A stretch of DNA of 64,000 bases from Alphaproteobacteria bacterium (GTDB lineage: Bacteria; Pseudomonadota; Alphaproteobacteria; UBA828): contig CBDEFM010000002.1 of NCBI GenBank assembly GCA_965237415.1, positions 1,760,001 through 1,824,000 on the forward strand, written 5' to 3'. The position numbers were made by a program, and so were the translations under genes. The notes beneath the pieces were generated by a model that saw only the letters and a program-made list of their open reading frames with translations, was not told the origin of the DNA and did no database searches. The stretch's first letter is position 1. Each line of letters starts with the position of its first letter. Below are positions 7,756 through 17,877 of the stretch, in pieces.

Positions 7756-8985
7756 ATGGCGGGTGTAACGATCGATATCCCTGTCGCCGACGGCGGCGGG
7801 TTCAGCGGCTATCTGGCGGTGCCGGAAGAGGGCCAGGGGCCCGGCCTGCTGATCGAGCAGGAGATTTTCGGGGTCAATGCGAGCCTGCGCGCCGTCGCCG
7901 ATCTCCATGCCGAGGAAGGCTATGTCTGCCTCGTGCCCGATCTCTTCTGGCGCATGGAGCCCGGCGTGGACCTCGGCTACGACGAGGACGATTTCGCCAA
8001 GGCCTTCGATTTCTACCAGCGCTTCGACGTGGACCAGGCTCTCGTCGACATCGGGGCGGCGCTCGATGCGCTCAGGACGCGGCCCGAGTGCACCGGCAAG
8101 GCTGCCGCCATGGGCTTCTGCCTCGGCGGCAAGCTCGCCTACCTCACCGCCACACGCCACGATATCGATGCGGCGGTCTCGTTCTATGGCGTGGGGATCG
8201 AGGAGGCGCTCGACGAATCCGGCGGTATCGCCTGCCCCATGCTGATGCACTTCGCCGGCGAAGACTCATTCGTTCCGCAAGACGCCGTGAACGCGATATC
8301 CACCCATTTCGAGGCGCGCCCGGAGGTGCGGATTCACGTCTATCCCGGCGTCGATCACGCCTTCTATAACCACGCGCGGAGCGAGGTTTACCACCGGCCC
8401 TCGGCCATGGTCGCCCATTCGCGCACCATCGCGCTGCTGCGCCGCGCGATCGGCCCTACTTACGACCTGGAATCGCTCTGGGAGCATCACCTGCACCACG
8501 AATTCACGGGGCGCAACACGGCGGCAACTATGGCCACCATGGTGGCCGAGCCCTACGTCAACCACATCCCGACCATGACCGGCGGCACCGGCGCGGACGC
8601 GCTGATCCGCTTCTACGCCGAGCACTTCATCCCGAAGATGCCGAAGGACACGACGCTCACCCCGCTGTCCCGCACCGTGGGCGCCGACCGGGTGGTGGAC
8701 GAGATGATCTTCAGCTTCACCCACAACGAGGAGATCGACTGGATGCTCCCGGGTGTCGCGCCCACGGGCAAGACGGTAAGCGTGCCGTTGGTGGCGATCG
8801 TGGCCTTCCGCGGCAACAAGCTCTATCACGAGCACATATACTGGGATCAGGCCTCAGTGCTCGTCCAAGTCGGCCTGCTGGAGCCGCAAGGGCTGCCGGT
8901 CGCCGGCGCCGAGACCGCGCGCAAGGCCGTAGACGAGACGCTGCCGTCGAACCGCCTGATCCCCGGCTGGTCGGATAACGGTTAA
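7756..8985 (+). CDS. Dienelactone hydrolase fused to SnoaL-like domain
   Basis: QEIFGVN, GFCLGG nucleophile, FAGED, GVDHAF; C-terminal PYVNHIPTMTGG...EHIYWDQASVL; RBS GGGGAG before ATG 7756. Confidence 0.9.
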   Translation: MAGVTIDIPVADGGGFSGYLAVPEEGQGPGLLIEQEIFGVNASLRAVADLHAEEGYVCLVPDLFWRMEPGVDLGYDEDDFAKAFDFYQRFDVDQALVDIGAALDALRTRPECTGKAAAMGFCLGGKLAYLTATRHDIDAAVSFYGVGIEEALDESGGIACPMLMHFAGEDSFVPQDAVNAISTHFEARPEVRIHVYPGVDHAFYNHARSEVYHRPSAMVAHSRTIALLRRAIGPTYDLESLWEHHLHHEFTGRNTAATMATMVAEPYVNHIPTMTGGTGADALIRFYAEHFIPKMPKDTTLTPLSRTVGADRVVDEMIFSFTHNEEIDWMLPGVAPTGKTVSVPLVAIVAFRGNKLYHEHIYWDQASVLVQVGLLEPQGLPVAGAETARKAVDETLPSNRLIPGWSDNG

Positions 8986-9022
8986 GGCTGAGGCCAATGG
9001 GGCCGTTGGCGCCTGGAAGCCC

Positions 9023-11458
9023 ATGAGCGCGGACGGCCCGTCGCTGGGCAAAGCGCTGGAGCGCGTCGAGGACGCAGCCCTCCTCATGGGCTGCGGCCGC
9101 TACATCGACGACCTGCCGGTGGCGCCCGGCACCGGCCACGCTGCCATCCTGCGCTCGCCCCACCCCCACGCCCGCCTGCTCGGCATCGATGCGGCGGCGG
9201 CGCTGGCACTGCCGGGCGTCCACGCCGTGGTCACAGGCCGGGATGCGCGAGCCTGGTCTACGCCGTTCATCGTCGGCGTGCGCCAGCCGATGGAGCATTG
9301 GTGCATCGCCACCGACCGCGTCCGCTACGCCGGCGAGCCCGTCGCCATCGTCGTGGCCGAGGACCGCTACCGGGCAGAGGACGCGCTCGCGCTCATCGAC
9401 GTGCGCTACGAGCCGCTGCCCGCCATCGTCGATCCCGAGGCCACCCTCGAGGCGGGCGCGCCGGTGCTGCACGAGGCCGTCGGAAGCAACCTCATCAGCG
9501 AGCGCGCGTTCCGCTACGGCGAGCCGGATGCGGCGTTCGCCGAGGCCGCGCACACGGTCGAGACAACTGTGCGCTACCCGCGCAATTCCTGCACGCCCAT
9601 CGAGTGCCTCGGCCTGATCGCCGCCTACGACCCCGGCGAGGGCGTCTACGACGTGCTTTCCCACTTCCAGGGGCCGATGACGCTGCATCCGGTCATGGCG
9701 CGGGCGCTCAAGGTGCCGGGGCCGCGGCTCAGGCTGCGCTCCGTGCCCGATTCGGGCGGCAGCTTCGGCGTCAAGCAGGCGATCTTCCCGCTCATCGTCG
9801 CGATGGCGCTCGCGGCGCGGAAGGCCGCGCGCCCGGTCAAGTGGATCGAGGACCGGCTGGAGCATCTGCTGGCGGCAAACGCCGCGACCAACCGGGTGAC
9901 TCGGATCGAGGCGGCGGTGGAGGCCGACGGCCGGGTCACGGCGCTCCGCCTCGACCAGCTGGAGGATTGCGGCGCCTATCTGAAGGCGCCGGAGCCCGCG
10001 ACGCTCTACCGCAACCACGGTAATCTCACCGGTCCTTATCACATCGTCCATCTTGCGGTGACGAACCGCGTGGTCGTCACCAACAAGACGCCGACCGGGC
10101 TCAATCGCGGCTTCGGCGGGCCGCAGCTCTACTACGCGCTGGAGCGCCTGATGCAGCGCGTAGCCGCGACCCTCGACCTCGACCCGCTGGCGGTGATCCG
10201 GCGCAACCTGGTGCCGGCGGATGCCATGCCTTACCGCGCCGCCGCGGGCGCCGTGCTCGATTCCGGCGATTTTTGCGCCACCGTGGCTCACGGCGCGGTT
10301 GAAGGGGCGCTCGACGCATTGCGCGCGAAACGCGAGGCGGCACGGGCGGCGGGCCGGCTCTACGGCATCGGCTTCGCCGCAGCGGTGGAGCCCAGCATCT
10401 CCAATATGGGCTACATCACCACCGTGCTCAGCGCCGAAGAGCGGCGCAAGGCGGGGCCCAAGGACGGCGCCGTCTCCCACGCCACGGTGGCGGTAGACCC
10501 CCTCGGCGCCGTCACGGTGACTGCCGACTCGCTCCCCCAGGGTCAAGGGCACCGCACGGTGCTGGCGCAGGTTGTGAGCGACGCGCTGGGCCTCGCACCC
10601 GAACAGATTACGGTCGCGCTGGAGCACGACTCGCAGCGGGACCCCTGGTCGATTGCCGCCGGCAACTATTCGAGCCGCTTCTCCGGCGCCGTCGCGGGCG
10701 CGGCGCACCTCGCGGCGCTGCGGGTGCGGGAGCGCCTCGCCCGGATCGCGAGCCAGAGGCTCAACAGCCCGCCGGAGGAGGTGCGCTTCGAGAGCGGCCG
10801 CATCTTCGCTGCCGACAATCCGGACAACAGTCTCGACTTCCGCCGGGTGGCATCGCTCCCCCACTGGTCGCCGGGCAGCCTGCCCGACGGCGTGCCGCCG
10901 GCGCTACGCGAGACCGCGCGCTGGACTCCGCCCGAACTCACGCCGCCGGACGACGACGACCGTGTCAACAGCTCGGCCGCTTACGGCTTCATCTTCGATT
11001 TCTGCGGGGTCGAGGTCGACCGCCTCACCGGCGCCGTCGCCATCGACCGCTACGTCACCACCCACGATGCCGGCCGCCGCCTCAATCCAGCGCTGGTTGA
11101 CGGCCAGATCCGCGGCGCCTTCGCCCATGCCGTGGGTGCGGCGCTTTACGAAGAGCTCGCCTATTCCGAGGACGGGAGCTTCCTCTCCGGCACGTTCGCC
11201 GACTACCTGGTGCCGACCGCGTGCGAGGTGCCCGATCCGCTCATCCTCCTCCGCGACTCCCTAAGCCCGGTGACGCCGCTCGGCGCCAAGGGTGTGGGCG
11301 AAGGCAACTGCATGACCACGCCCGTCTGCATCGCCAATGCGGTCGCCGATGCGCTGGGGGCCGACAGCCTCGACCTTCCGCTGACGCCGGCCCGCATCGG
11401 CGATCTCATTCACGGGCCGGAGGACGAACCGCCCACCGAGACCCCGCCCGATCGATGA
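9023..11458 (+). CDS. hmfA: Molybdenum hydroxylase large subunit, 2-furoyl-CoA dehydrogenase-like
   Basis: Xanthine dehydrogenase/CoxL motifs (GGSFGVK, NRGFGGPQ, PQGQGH, GAKGVGEG) and hmfBCDE-like neighbours. Confidence 0.8.
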   Translation: MSADGPSLGKALERVEDAALLMGCGRYIDDLPVAPGTGHAAILRSPHPHARLLGIDAAAALALPGVHAVVTGRDARAWSTPFIVGVRQPMEHWCIATDRVRYAGEPVAIVVAEDRYRAEDALALIDVRYEPLPAIVDPEATLEAGAPVLHEAVGSNLISERAFRYGEPDAAFAEAAHTVETTVRYPRNSCTPIECLGLIAAYDPGEGVYDVLSHFQGPMTLHPVMARALKVPGPRLRLRSVPDSGGSFGVKQAIFPLIVAMALAARKAARPVKWIEDRLEHLLAANAATNRVTRIEAAVEADGRVTALRLDQLEDCGAYLKAPEPATLYRNHGNLTGPYHIVHLAVTNRVVVTNKTPTGLNRGFGGPQLYYALERLMQRVAATLDLDPLAVIRRNLVPADAMPYRAAAGAVLDSGDFCATVAHGAVEGALDALRAKREAARAAGRLYGIGFAAAVEPSISNMGYITTVLSAEERRKAGPKDGAVSHATVAVDPLGAVTVTADSLPQGQGHRTVLAQVVSDALGLAPEQITVALEHDSQRDPWSIAAGNYSSRFSGAVAGAAHLAALRVRERLARIASQRLNSPPEEVRFESGRIFAADNPDNSLDFRRVASLPHWSPGSLPDGVPPALRETARWTPPELTPPDDDDRVNSSAAYGFIFDFCGVEVDRLTGAVAIDRYVTTHDAGRRLNPALVDGQIRGAFAHAVGAALYEELAYSEDGSFLSGTFADYLVPTACEVPDPLILLRDSLSPVTPLGAKGVGEGNCMTTPVCIANAVADALGADSLDLPLTPARIGDLIHGPEDEPPTETPPDR

Positions 11459-12282
11459 AGCCTGCGCCCTTCGACTACCTGCGTGCGGACGACGAGGACG
11501 AAGCGCTGGAGGCCCTTGCCGAGGCGGGGGACGACGCGCGCCTGCTCGCCGGCGGCCAGACGCTGATGCCGATGCTCAACATGCGGTTGGTGGAGCCCGC
11601 GGTGCTCATCGACATCTCGCGGCTGCCGGGGCGCGGAGAAATCAGCGACGACGGCGCCGTCATCGAGGTCGGTGCGGCTGCGACCCAAGCCGACTTGGAG
11701 GCCTGGCCCTCACTCGCGCGGCGCGCACCCCTGCTGGCCCAGGCGCTCCCCCTGCTCGGCCATGTCCAGACGCGGAGCCGCGGCACGGTCTGCGGTTCCA
11801 TCGCCTTCGCGGACCCGAGCGCGGAACTGCCGCTCTGCTTGGCTGCGCTGGGAGGCGAGGCGGTGCTGCGCTCGCGCACCGGCAAACGGACGCTCGCGGC
11901 CAGCGAGTTTCAGACCGGGATGCTGTCGACCGCCTGCCGGGAGGACGAGATGGTGACGGCGGTGCGCTTCCCCACCGCCGAGCCGGACGCGGGCTACGCC
12001 TTCACCGAGTTCGCGCGGCGCCACGGCGACTTCGCCATCGTCGCCATCGCCGCCATCGCCCGGGCGAACGGCGTGCGCGTCGGTGTCGGCGGCGTCGCCG
12101 AGCAGCCGGTCGTCCAGGACTGGCCACTCCTGGACGGCAGCGCGCTCGACGACGCGCTCAACGCGCTGGCGTGGTCGCTCGATGCCGCCGACGACGCCCA
12201 GGCCAGCGCCCGCTACCGGCGCGAGCTGGTACGCGGCCTCGGCAAGCGAACGGTCCGCGCAGCGGAGGACGCGCGGCCATGA
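11455..12282 (+). CDS. hmfB: Molybdenum hydroxylase FAD subunit
   Basis: MKPAPFDY, LAGGQTL, RGTVCGSIAFADP, RRHGDFA; 4-nt overlap with upstream gene. Confidence 0.82.
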   Translation: MKPAPFDYLRADDEDEALEALAEAGDDARLLAGGQTLMPMLNMRLVEPAVLIDISRLPGRGEISDDGAVIEVGAAATQADLEAWPSLARRAPLLAQALPLLGHVQTRSRGTVCGSIAFADPSAELPLCLAALGGEAVLRSRTGKRTLAASEFQTGMLSTACREDEMVTAVRFPTAEPDAGYAFTEFARRHGDFAIVAIAAIARANGVRVGVGGVAEQPVVQDWPLLDGSALDDALNALAWSLDAADDAQASARYRRELVRGLGKRTVRAAEDARP

Positions 12283-12779
12283 AGCGGATCCGTGCGGAGA
12301 GCCGCCACAGGGTGGGCCTCACCCTCAACGGCCGCGAGGCGGGCGGCTGGGCCGAGCCCCGCATGCTATTGAGCGATTTTTTGCGCCACGAGCTCGGCGC
12401 CACGGGTACTCACGTGGGTTGCGAGCACGGGGTCTGCGGCGCCTGCACGGTGCGCCTCGACGGCGCTCCGGTGCGCGCCTGCCTGACGCTGGCGGTCCAG
12501 GCCGAGGGCCGGCGCGTGGACACGGTTGAGGGCCTCGCGCCCGAGGGCGAGCTGAACGACCTGCAGAAGGCGTTCCGCCGCCATCACGCGCTGCAATGCG
12601 GCTTCTGCACGCCCGGCATCCTGATGTCGCTCGACGCCTATCTCGAAACCAAGCCTGAGCCGGACGAGGGGGCGATCCGCGCGCTGCTCAGCGGCCATCT
12701 CTGCCGCTGCACCGGCTATTCGGGCATCGTAGCGGCTGCGCTCGAGGCCGCGGAGGCGCGGTGGAGCGAGGATGACTGA
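12279..12779 (+). CDS. hmfC: Molybdenum hydroxylase 2Fe-2S subunit
   Basis: GCEHGVCGACT, QCGFCTPG, HLCRCTGY. Confidence 0.85.
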   Translation: MKRIRAESRHRVGLTLNGREAGGWAEPRMLLSDFLRHELGATGTHVGCEHGVCGACTVRLDGAPVRACLTLAVQAEGRRVDTVEGLAPEGELNDLQKAFRRHHALQCGFCTPGILMSLDAYLETKPEPDEGAIRALLSGHLCRCTGYSGIVAAALEAAEARWSEDD

Positions 12780-14331
12780 CCTCGGCCGTGTGCTGATTGC
12801 GGCGGCCGAGCGGAATCCGCACGCGCTTGCCGTCGTCGATGGCGAGAGGCGCTTCGATTACGCCGCGTGGTTCGACACCGTTTCGCGCGTCGCGGGCGGC
12901 ATCGGCGCGCTCGGGCTCCGGCCGGGAGACCGTCTCGCCGTCATCATGCAGAACTGCTGGGAGATGGCGGCGCTCCACTGGGCCTGCCAGCTTGCCGGCG
13001 TCGTCGCGGTGCCGCTCAACTGGCGAAGCAGCGCCGACGAGTTGGATTACTTCCTCACGGATTCCGGCGCCGCGGCGCTGGCCTTCGACGGGTCCGCCGC
13101 TGCGGCGATGGCTGACTCCGCCTGTGCCGCGCGGCTCCGCCGTATCGGGGCCGGCGGCGCGTCCGAGGGCACGGTGCCATTCGCAGACCTGCTGGCGGCG
13201 CCGGCCGAAGCCGCGCCCCGTGCCGGCGAAGACGACCTCTCGCTCATGCTCTACACGTCCGGGACCACCGGTCGCGGCAAGGGCGTGCCCCGCAGCCACC
13301 GCGCCGAGCGTGCGGCTGCCCTCGCCCACATCGCGCAGAACTGCTACCGCACCGGCGAGCGCACCCTCGGCGTCATGCCGCTCTACCACACCATGGGCGT
13401 GCGCTCGCTGCTCGCCATGGCGTCGATCAATGGCACCTTCGTGTGCCAGCCGCGCTTCGAGGCGCGAGGCGCGCTCCGCCTGATCGAGGCCGAGCGGATC
13501 ACGGCCCTCTACCTGGTGCCGACGCTCTATTACGACCTGCTCGGAAGCCCGGGGTTTGCCGCCGCAGACACCTCCTCGGTGCGCAAATTGGGTTTCGCCG
13601 GTGCGCCGATGGCCGAAGGCTTGCTCCGCCGGGTCGAAAGCGCCTTCCGGCCCGAACTCTTCGTCAACCATTACGGCTCGTCGGAGATCTACACCTTCAC
13701 CATCGATCAGGACGCCGCCGCCAAGCCCGGCTCGGCGGGCAAGGCCGGCATCAACCAGCGCATCCGGGTGGTGGAGATCGGCGCGGGCGATCCCGACCGC
13801 ACCGTCCCCGCCGGCACGGAAGGCGAGGTGATCGCGAGCCTGGAGAGCGAGGAAGCCTTCGCCGGCTATTGGCAGCGGCCGGACGCCGACGCCAGGGCAC
13901 TGAAGCAGGGTTGGTATTTCACCGGCGATGTCGGCTATTGCGACGCCGATGGCGACCTCTTCGTGACGGGCCGGGTCGACGACATGATCATCAGCGGCGG
14001 CGAGAACGTGCTGCCAGCCGAGATCGAAAGCGTGCTCTCGGTCCACCCAGCGGTGGCGGAGACGGCGGTGGCGGGCCTTGCGGACGAGCGCTGGGGGCAG
14101 AAGGTGGCCGCCTTCGTCGTGCGCGCAGGCCCGGTGGACGCAGCGGCGCTCGACGCCCACTGCCGTGCGTCGGCGCTGGCCGATTTCAAGCGCCCACGGA
14201 CGTACGTCTTCGTCCGCGCGATCCCGAAGTCCCCGGTGGGCAAGGTCCTGCGGCGCCTGCTGATCGCGGGCGAATACGAAGAGGACGACGAAGGCGCCGG
14301 CGCCGAGGCCGGCGGCCGGAGAGGTGCATGA
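12772..14331 (+). CDS. hmfD: Acyl-CoA ligase, 2-furoate-CoA ligase-like
   Basis: LYTSGTTGRGKG, YGSSE, GWYFTGD, GRVDDMIISGGEN, PKSPVGK; operon context. Confidence 0.82.
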   Translation: MTDLGRVLIAAAERNPHALAVVDGERRFDYAAWFDTVSRVAGGIGALGLRPGDRLAVIMQNCWEMAALHWACQLAGVVAVPLNWRSSADELDYFLTDSGAAALAFDGSAAAAMADSACAARLRRIGAGGASEGTVPFADLLAAPAEAAPRAGEDDLSLMLYTSGTTGRGKGVPRSHRAERAAALAHIAQNCYRTGERTLGVMPLYHTMGVRSLLAMASINGTFVCQPRFEARGALRLIEAERITALYLVPTLYYDLLGSPGFAAADTSSVRKLGFAGAPMAEGLLRRVESAFRPELFVNHYGSSEIYTFTIDQDAAAKPGSAGKAGINQRIRVVEIGAGDPDRTVPAGTEGEVIASLESEEAFAGYWQRPDADARALKQGWYFTGDVGYCDADGDLFVTGRVDDMIISGGENVLPAEIESVLSVHPAVAETAVAGLADERWGQKVAAFVVRAGPVDAAALDAHCRASALADFKRPRTYVFVRAIPKSPVGKVLRRLLIAGEYEEDDEGAGAEAGGRRGA

Positions 14332-15119
14332 CGACGAGCGGCCCCTTCGACGGTCTCGACGGCTTCCGCGTGGAGGTCGATCGCGCGGCGGCGCGGGCCG
14401 ACATCGTGCTCGACCGCCCGCCGCTTAATGTCGTCAGCATGCCGCAGCGGGACCAGCTCGCCGCCGCCTTCGCCGCGCTCGATGCCGACGAGGGCGTGCG
14501 CGTGATCGTGCTCCGCGCAGACGGGAAGCATTTTTCGAGCGGCGGCGACATCCCCGGTTTCATGACACGCGCGCCGGAGCAGCTCGCGGTGCTGGCGCGC
14601 AACGTCGCCGCGCCCGAGCGCTGCCGCCAGCCGGTGATCGCTGCCATTCACGGCTACTGCTTCGGCGTCGCCTTCGAGTTGTCGCTCGCCTGCGACTTCC
14701 GCATCGTCACGGAGGGCGCGCGGCTCGGCCTGCCGGAACAGCGCATCGGCATGGTTCCCGGCTCCGGCGGCTCGGCGCGGCTCGCCCGGATGATCGGCAT
14801 CGGCCGCACCAAGGACATGGTCATGCGGGCACGGCGCCTCCCCGGCGCGGAGGCTCACGCCTGGGGCATCGCGCTCGACTGCGTGCCGGAAGACGAGCTC
14901 GCGGCCGCGACCGGCGCGCTGGTGGACGAGCTCAAGACCTTCTCACCGCTCGCCCAGCGCACCGCCAAGAAGCTTCTCAACGAGGCCGAGGACGCGCCGC
15001 TGCACGTCGCCATCGCCCTCGAAGGCGAAGCCTATGGTAGGCTGCGCTCATCGGCCGACTTCGCCGAGGGCGTTGCCTCCTTTACGGAGAAGCGCAAGCC
15101 GGTCTTCAAGGGAGAGTAG
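14328..15119 (+). CDS. hmfE: Crotonase-family 2-oxoglutaroyl-CoA hydrolase-like
   Basis: DGFRVEVD...RADIVLDRPPLNVVSMPQRDQL...FSPLAQRTAKKLLN closely recalls HmfE. Confidence 0.82.
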   Translation: MTTSGPFDGLDGFRVEVDRAAARADIVLDRPPLNVVSMPQRDQLAAAFAALDADEGVRVIVLRADGKHFSSGGDIPGFMTRAPEQLAVLARNVAAPERCRQPVIAAIHGYCFGVAFELSLACDFRIVTEGARLGLPEQRIGMVPGSGGSARLARMIGIGRTKDMVMRARRLPGAEAHAWGIALDCVPEDELAAATGALVDELKTFSPLAQRTAKKLLNEAEDAPLHVAIALEGEAYGRLRSSADFAEGVASFTEKRKPVFKGE

Positions 15120-15126
15120 CGGTCGC

Positions 15127-16395
15127 ATGGACGACGCTTCGCCCCCCATAGCGACGGACGCGGACACGGACGAAGCGGAGGGTTCGGCGCCGGGCGACCG
15201 TCTCCCCCGCTTTCACCTCGATCCGGTCGGCGGGATTGCCGGCGACATGTTTGCCGCGGCGCTGCTCGATGCCCGCCCGGACCTTGCCGACGGGCTGCTT
15301 GCAACCATCGATGCGCTCGGGCTTCCGCCCTCGCTGACCATCGCCATCGCCCCGCTCCGGGACACGGCGCTGGCGGGCACCCGGTTCAAGGTCTGCGGAC
15401 CCGCAGACGAGGGCCACGGCCATGTGCGCCTCGCCGACGTGAGCAAGCGGCTGGAGGCCGCCCGCATCGCGCCCGCCGTGCGCACGCGCGCGCTCGCGAT
15501 CTTCACACTGCTCGCCGAGGCCGAGGGCGCGGTGCACGGCACGGACCCGGCGGAGGTCACGTTCCACGAGGTGGGCGCCTGGGATTCGACGGTCGATATC
15601 GTGGCCGCCGCCTATCTGATCGAGGCGCTCGGCCCCGCTCGCTGGTCCTGCGGCGCCATCCCCTTGGGCTCGGGTCGGGTGCGCTGCGCCCACGGCCTGC
15701 TGCCGGTGCCGGCACCTGCCGTGGTTCAACTTTTGCGGGGGCTGGCCACCCACGACGACGGGATCGGCGGGGAGCGGGTCACGCCCACCGGCGCGGCCAT
15801 CCTGAAGCACCTCGCGCCGGACCAGGCGCCGGCCCGAGAGTCGGAGACGCTGGTGGGCGTCGGCACAGGCTTCGGCAGCCGCGCTCTGCCTGACCTGAGC
15901 AACGTATTGCGCGTCCTGGAATTCGCGCCTGTCGCCCCGGCCGCGTTGCAGGAAGCGGTCGCAATGCTTCGTTTCGAGATCGACGACCAGACGCCGGAAG
16001 ACCTCGCGCTCGGCCTCGACCGCCTGCGCGCGCGGCCGGGCATCCTCGATGTCGTGCAATGGCCGGTCTACGGCAAGAAGGGGCGCATGCTGGCTGCCGT
16101 GCAGGTGCTGGCCGAGTCGGCATCATTGGACGCGGCGCTCGCAGCGGTCTTCGACGAGACCACCACGCTCGGCGTGCGCTGGTCGCACGTCTCTCGCAAT
16201 GCCCTTGGGCGGGATTCGGCCACTCATGTCGACGCGCTCGGCACGGTCCGGGTGAAGCGCGCGCGCCGGCCAGCGGGTACCGTGACCGCCAAGGCGGAAC
16301 TCGACGACCTCGCTGGCAGCGCCGGCCACGCGGGGCGCGAAGAGCGGCGCCGCAGAGCCGAGGCGGCGACGCTCACGCGAGGCGGGAATGGCTGA
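15127..16395 (+). CDS. larC: Nickel insertion cyclometallase (LarC1-C2 in one frame)
   Basis: GIAGDMF, VHG...FHEVGAWDS, TPTGAAIL, FEIDD, KKGR, ETTTLGVR. Confidence 0.92.
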   Translation: MDDASPPIATDADTDEAEGSAPGDRLPRFHLDPVGGIAGDMFAAALLDARPDLADGLLATIDALGLPPSLTIAIAPLRDTALAGTRFKVCGPADEGHGHVRLADVSKRLEAARIAPAVRTRALAIFTLLAEAEGAVHGTDPAEVTFHEVGAWDSTVDIVAAAYLIEALGPARWSCGAIPLGSGRVRCAHGLLPVPAPAVVQLLRGLATHDDGIGGERVTPTGAAILKHLAPDQAPARESETLVGVGTGFGSRALPDLSNVLRVLEFAPVAPAALQEAVAMLRFEIDDQTPEDLALGLDRLRARPGILDVVQWPVYGKKGRMLAAVQVLAESASLDAALAAVFDETTTLGVRWSHVSRNALGRDSATHVDALGTVRVKRARRPAGTVTAKAELDDLAGSAGHAGREERRRRAEAATLTRGGNG

Positions 16396-17209
16396 ACCGG
16401 TGCCCGCCTCCGTAAGCGCACTGAACGCCGTCCTGGACGACATCGGCCGGGCCGCGGTCGCGGTGAGCGGCGGTGTCGACAGCATGACGCTTGCCTTGCT
16501 CGCCGGGCGCAGGTTGGGGGCGGACTGTGCGATGTTCCACGCCGTCTCGCCTGCCGTGCCGGCGGAAGCGACCGCGCGCGTGCAAGAGTATGCCGTGCGG
16601 GAAGGGTGGCGGCTTACCGTGCTCGATGCGGGCGAGTTCGACGACCCCGCCTATCGCGCCAACCCGGCGAACCGCTGCTTCTACTGCAAGACCAACCTCT
16701 ACGGCGCGTTGGCTGCACGCACGGACGCGACCCTGCTCTCCGGCACGAACGTGGACGATCTCGGGGACTGGCGGCCGGGGCTGAAGGCCGCCGAAGAGCA
16801 CGGCGTTCGCCACCCCTTCGTCGAGGCAGGAATCGACAAGGCCACCGTGCGCGTCCTCGCGGCGGGATTGGGTTTCGACGACCTGTCGCGGCTTCCGGCC
16901 GCGCCCTGCCTCTCGAGCCGCATCGAGACCGGGCTCCGTGTGGAGGCGGACGATCTCGCCTCGGTCCACGCCGCCGAGCGCTATCTCGCAAGGCAGTTGC
17001 GGCCGGAGACGGTGCGCTGCCGCCGGCGCAAGGCCGGCATCGTCATCGAGCTCGACGAAACCACTCTCGGTGCGCTGAGCGCGAGCCGACGCGCGGCGCT
17101 CGGCGCCGCCGTCGCCGGCATGTTCGCGACGAGCGCTCGCACCCGGCCTGTCAGCTTCGCGCCCTACCGGACCGGCAGCGCCTTTCTCAGGCCCGCGCAT
17201 CCGGCGTGA
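16388..17209 (+). CDS. larE: ATP-dependent sulfur transferase
   Basis: PP-loop SGGVDS, NRCFYCK, DDLGDWRPG, PCLSSR. Confidence 0.9.
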   Translation: MAEPVPASVSALNAVLDDIGRAAVAVSGGVDSMTLALLAGRRLGADCAMFHAVSPAVPAEATARVQEYAVREGWRLTVLDAGEFDDPAYRANPANRCFYCKTNLYGALAARTDATLLSGTNVDDLGDWRPGLKAAEEHGVRHPFVEAGIDKATVRVLAAGLGFDDLSRLPAAPCLSSRIETGLRVEADDLASVHAAERYLARQLRPETVRCRRRKAGIVIELDETTLGALSASRRAALGAAVAGMFATSARTRPVSFAPYRTGSAFLRPAHPA

Positions 17210-17877
17210 GCGCGCCCACCGCCATCACCCTCGACCTCGAACGCCGCGCGCGCATCGGCATCGAGGAGGCCGTGCTCTGCGAGAGCAAGACGCCCGAGCA
17301 GCTGGCGGAAATCCTCCGCCGCGCCGACGAGGCAGGGCGGAGTCTGCTGTTGACCCGCCTCGATGCGGTCCACCGCGACGCCTTGCCCGCCGCCCTCGCG
17401 GAGCGCATCGACTACGAGGCGCTGTCGCGCACCGGCGTCTTCGGCACCGTCACCGCCCCCTCGGGCGCGGCCCGCGTCGCGATCGTCTCCGCCGGGACCT
17501 CGGACCAGCCGGTGAGCCGCGAGGCCGCGCGCACCCTCGCCTATCACGGCCACCCTTCGGTGGAGATCGGCGATGTGGGTGTCGCCGGCCTGTGGCGGCT
17601 GATGGACCGGATCGACGAGATTCGCGCCTTCCCGGTCGTCATCGTCGCCGCCGGCATGGACGCCGCGCTGCCCTCGGTGCTGGGCGGCCTCGTGCCGGGC
17701 ATGGTGATCGCGGTGCCCACGTCCACCGGCTACGGCATCGCCAAGGGCGGGGCCACGGCGATGATGGCCATGCTCGCCTCCTGCGCGCCGGGGGTGGCCG
17801 TGGTGAATATCGACAACGGCTACGGCGCCGCCTGCGCCGCGCTGCGCGCGCTTCCGTTGCTCGCCCCGCAGGCTTAG
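17206..17877 (+). CDS. larB: NaAD carboxylase/hydrolase (AIR-carboxylase-like)
   Basis: SAGTSD, DVGVAGLWRL, VPTSTGYG, SCAPGVAVVNIDNGYGAA; GTG 17206. Confidence 0.93.
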   Translation: MSAPTAITLDLERRARIGIEEAVLCESKTPEQLAEILRRADEAGRSLLLTRLDAVHRDALPAALAERIDYEALSRTGVFGTVTAPSGAARVAIVSAGTSDQPVSREAARTLAYHGHPSVEIGDVGVAGLWRLMDRIDEIRAFPVVIVAAGMDAALPSVLGGLVPGMVIAVPTSTGYGIAKGGATAMMAMLASCAPGVAVVNIDNGYGAACAALRALPLLAPQA

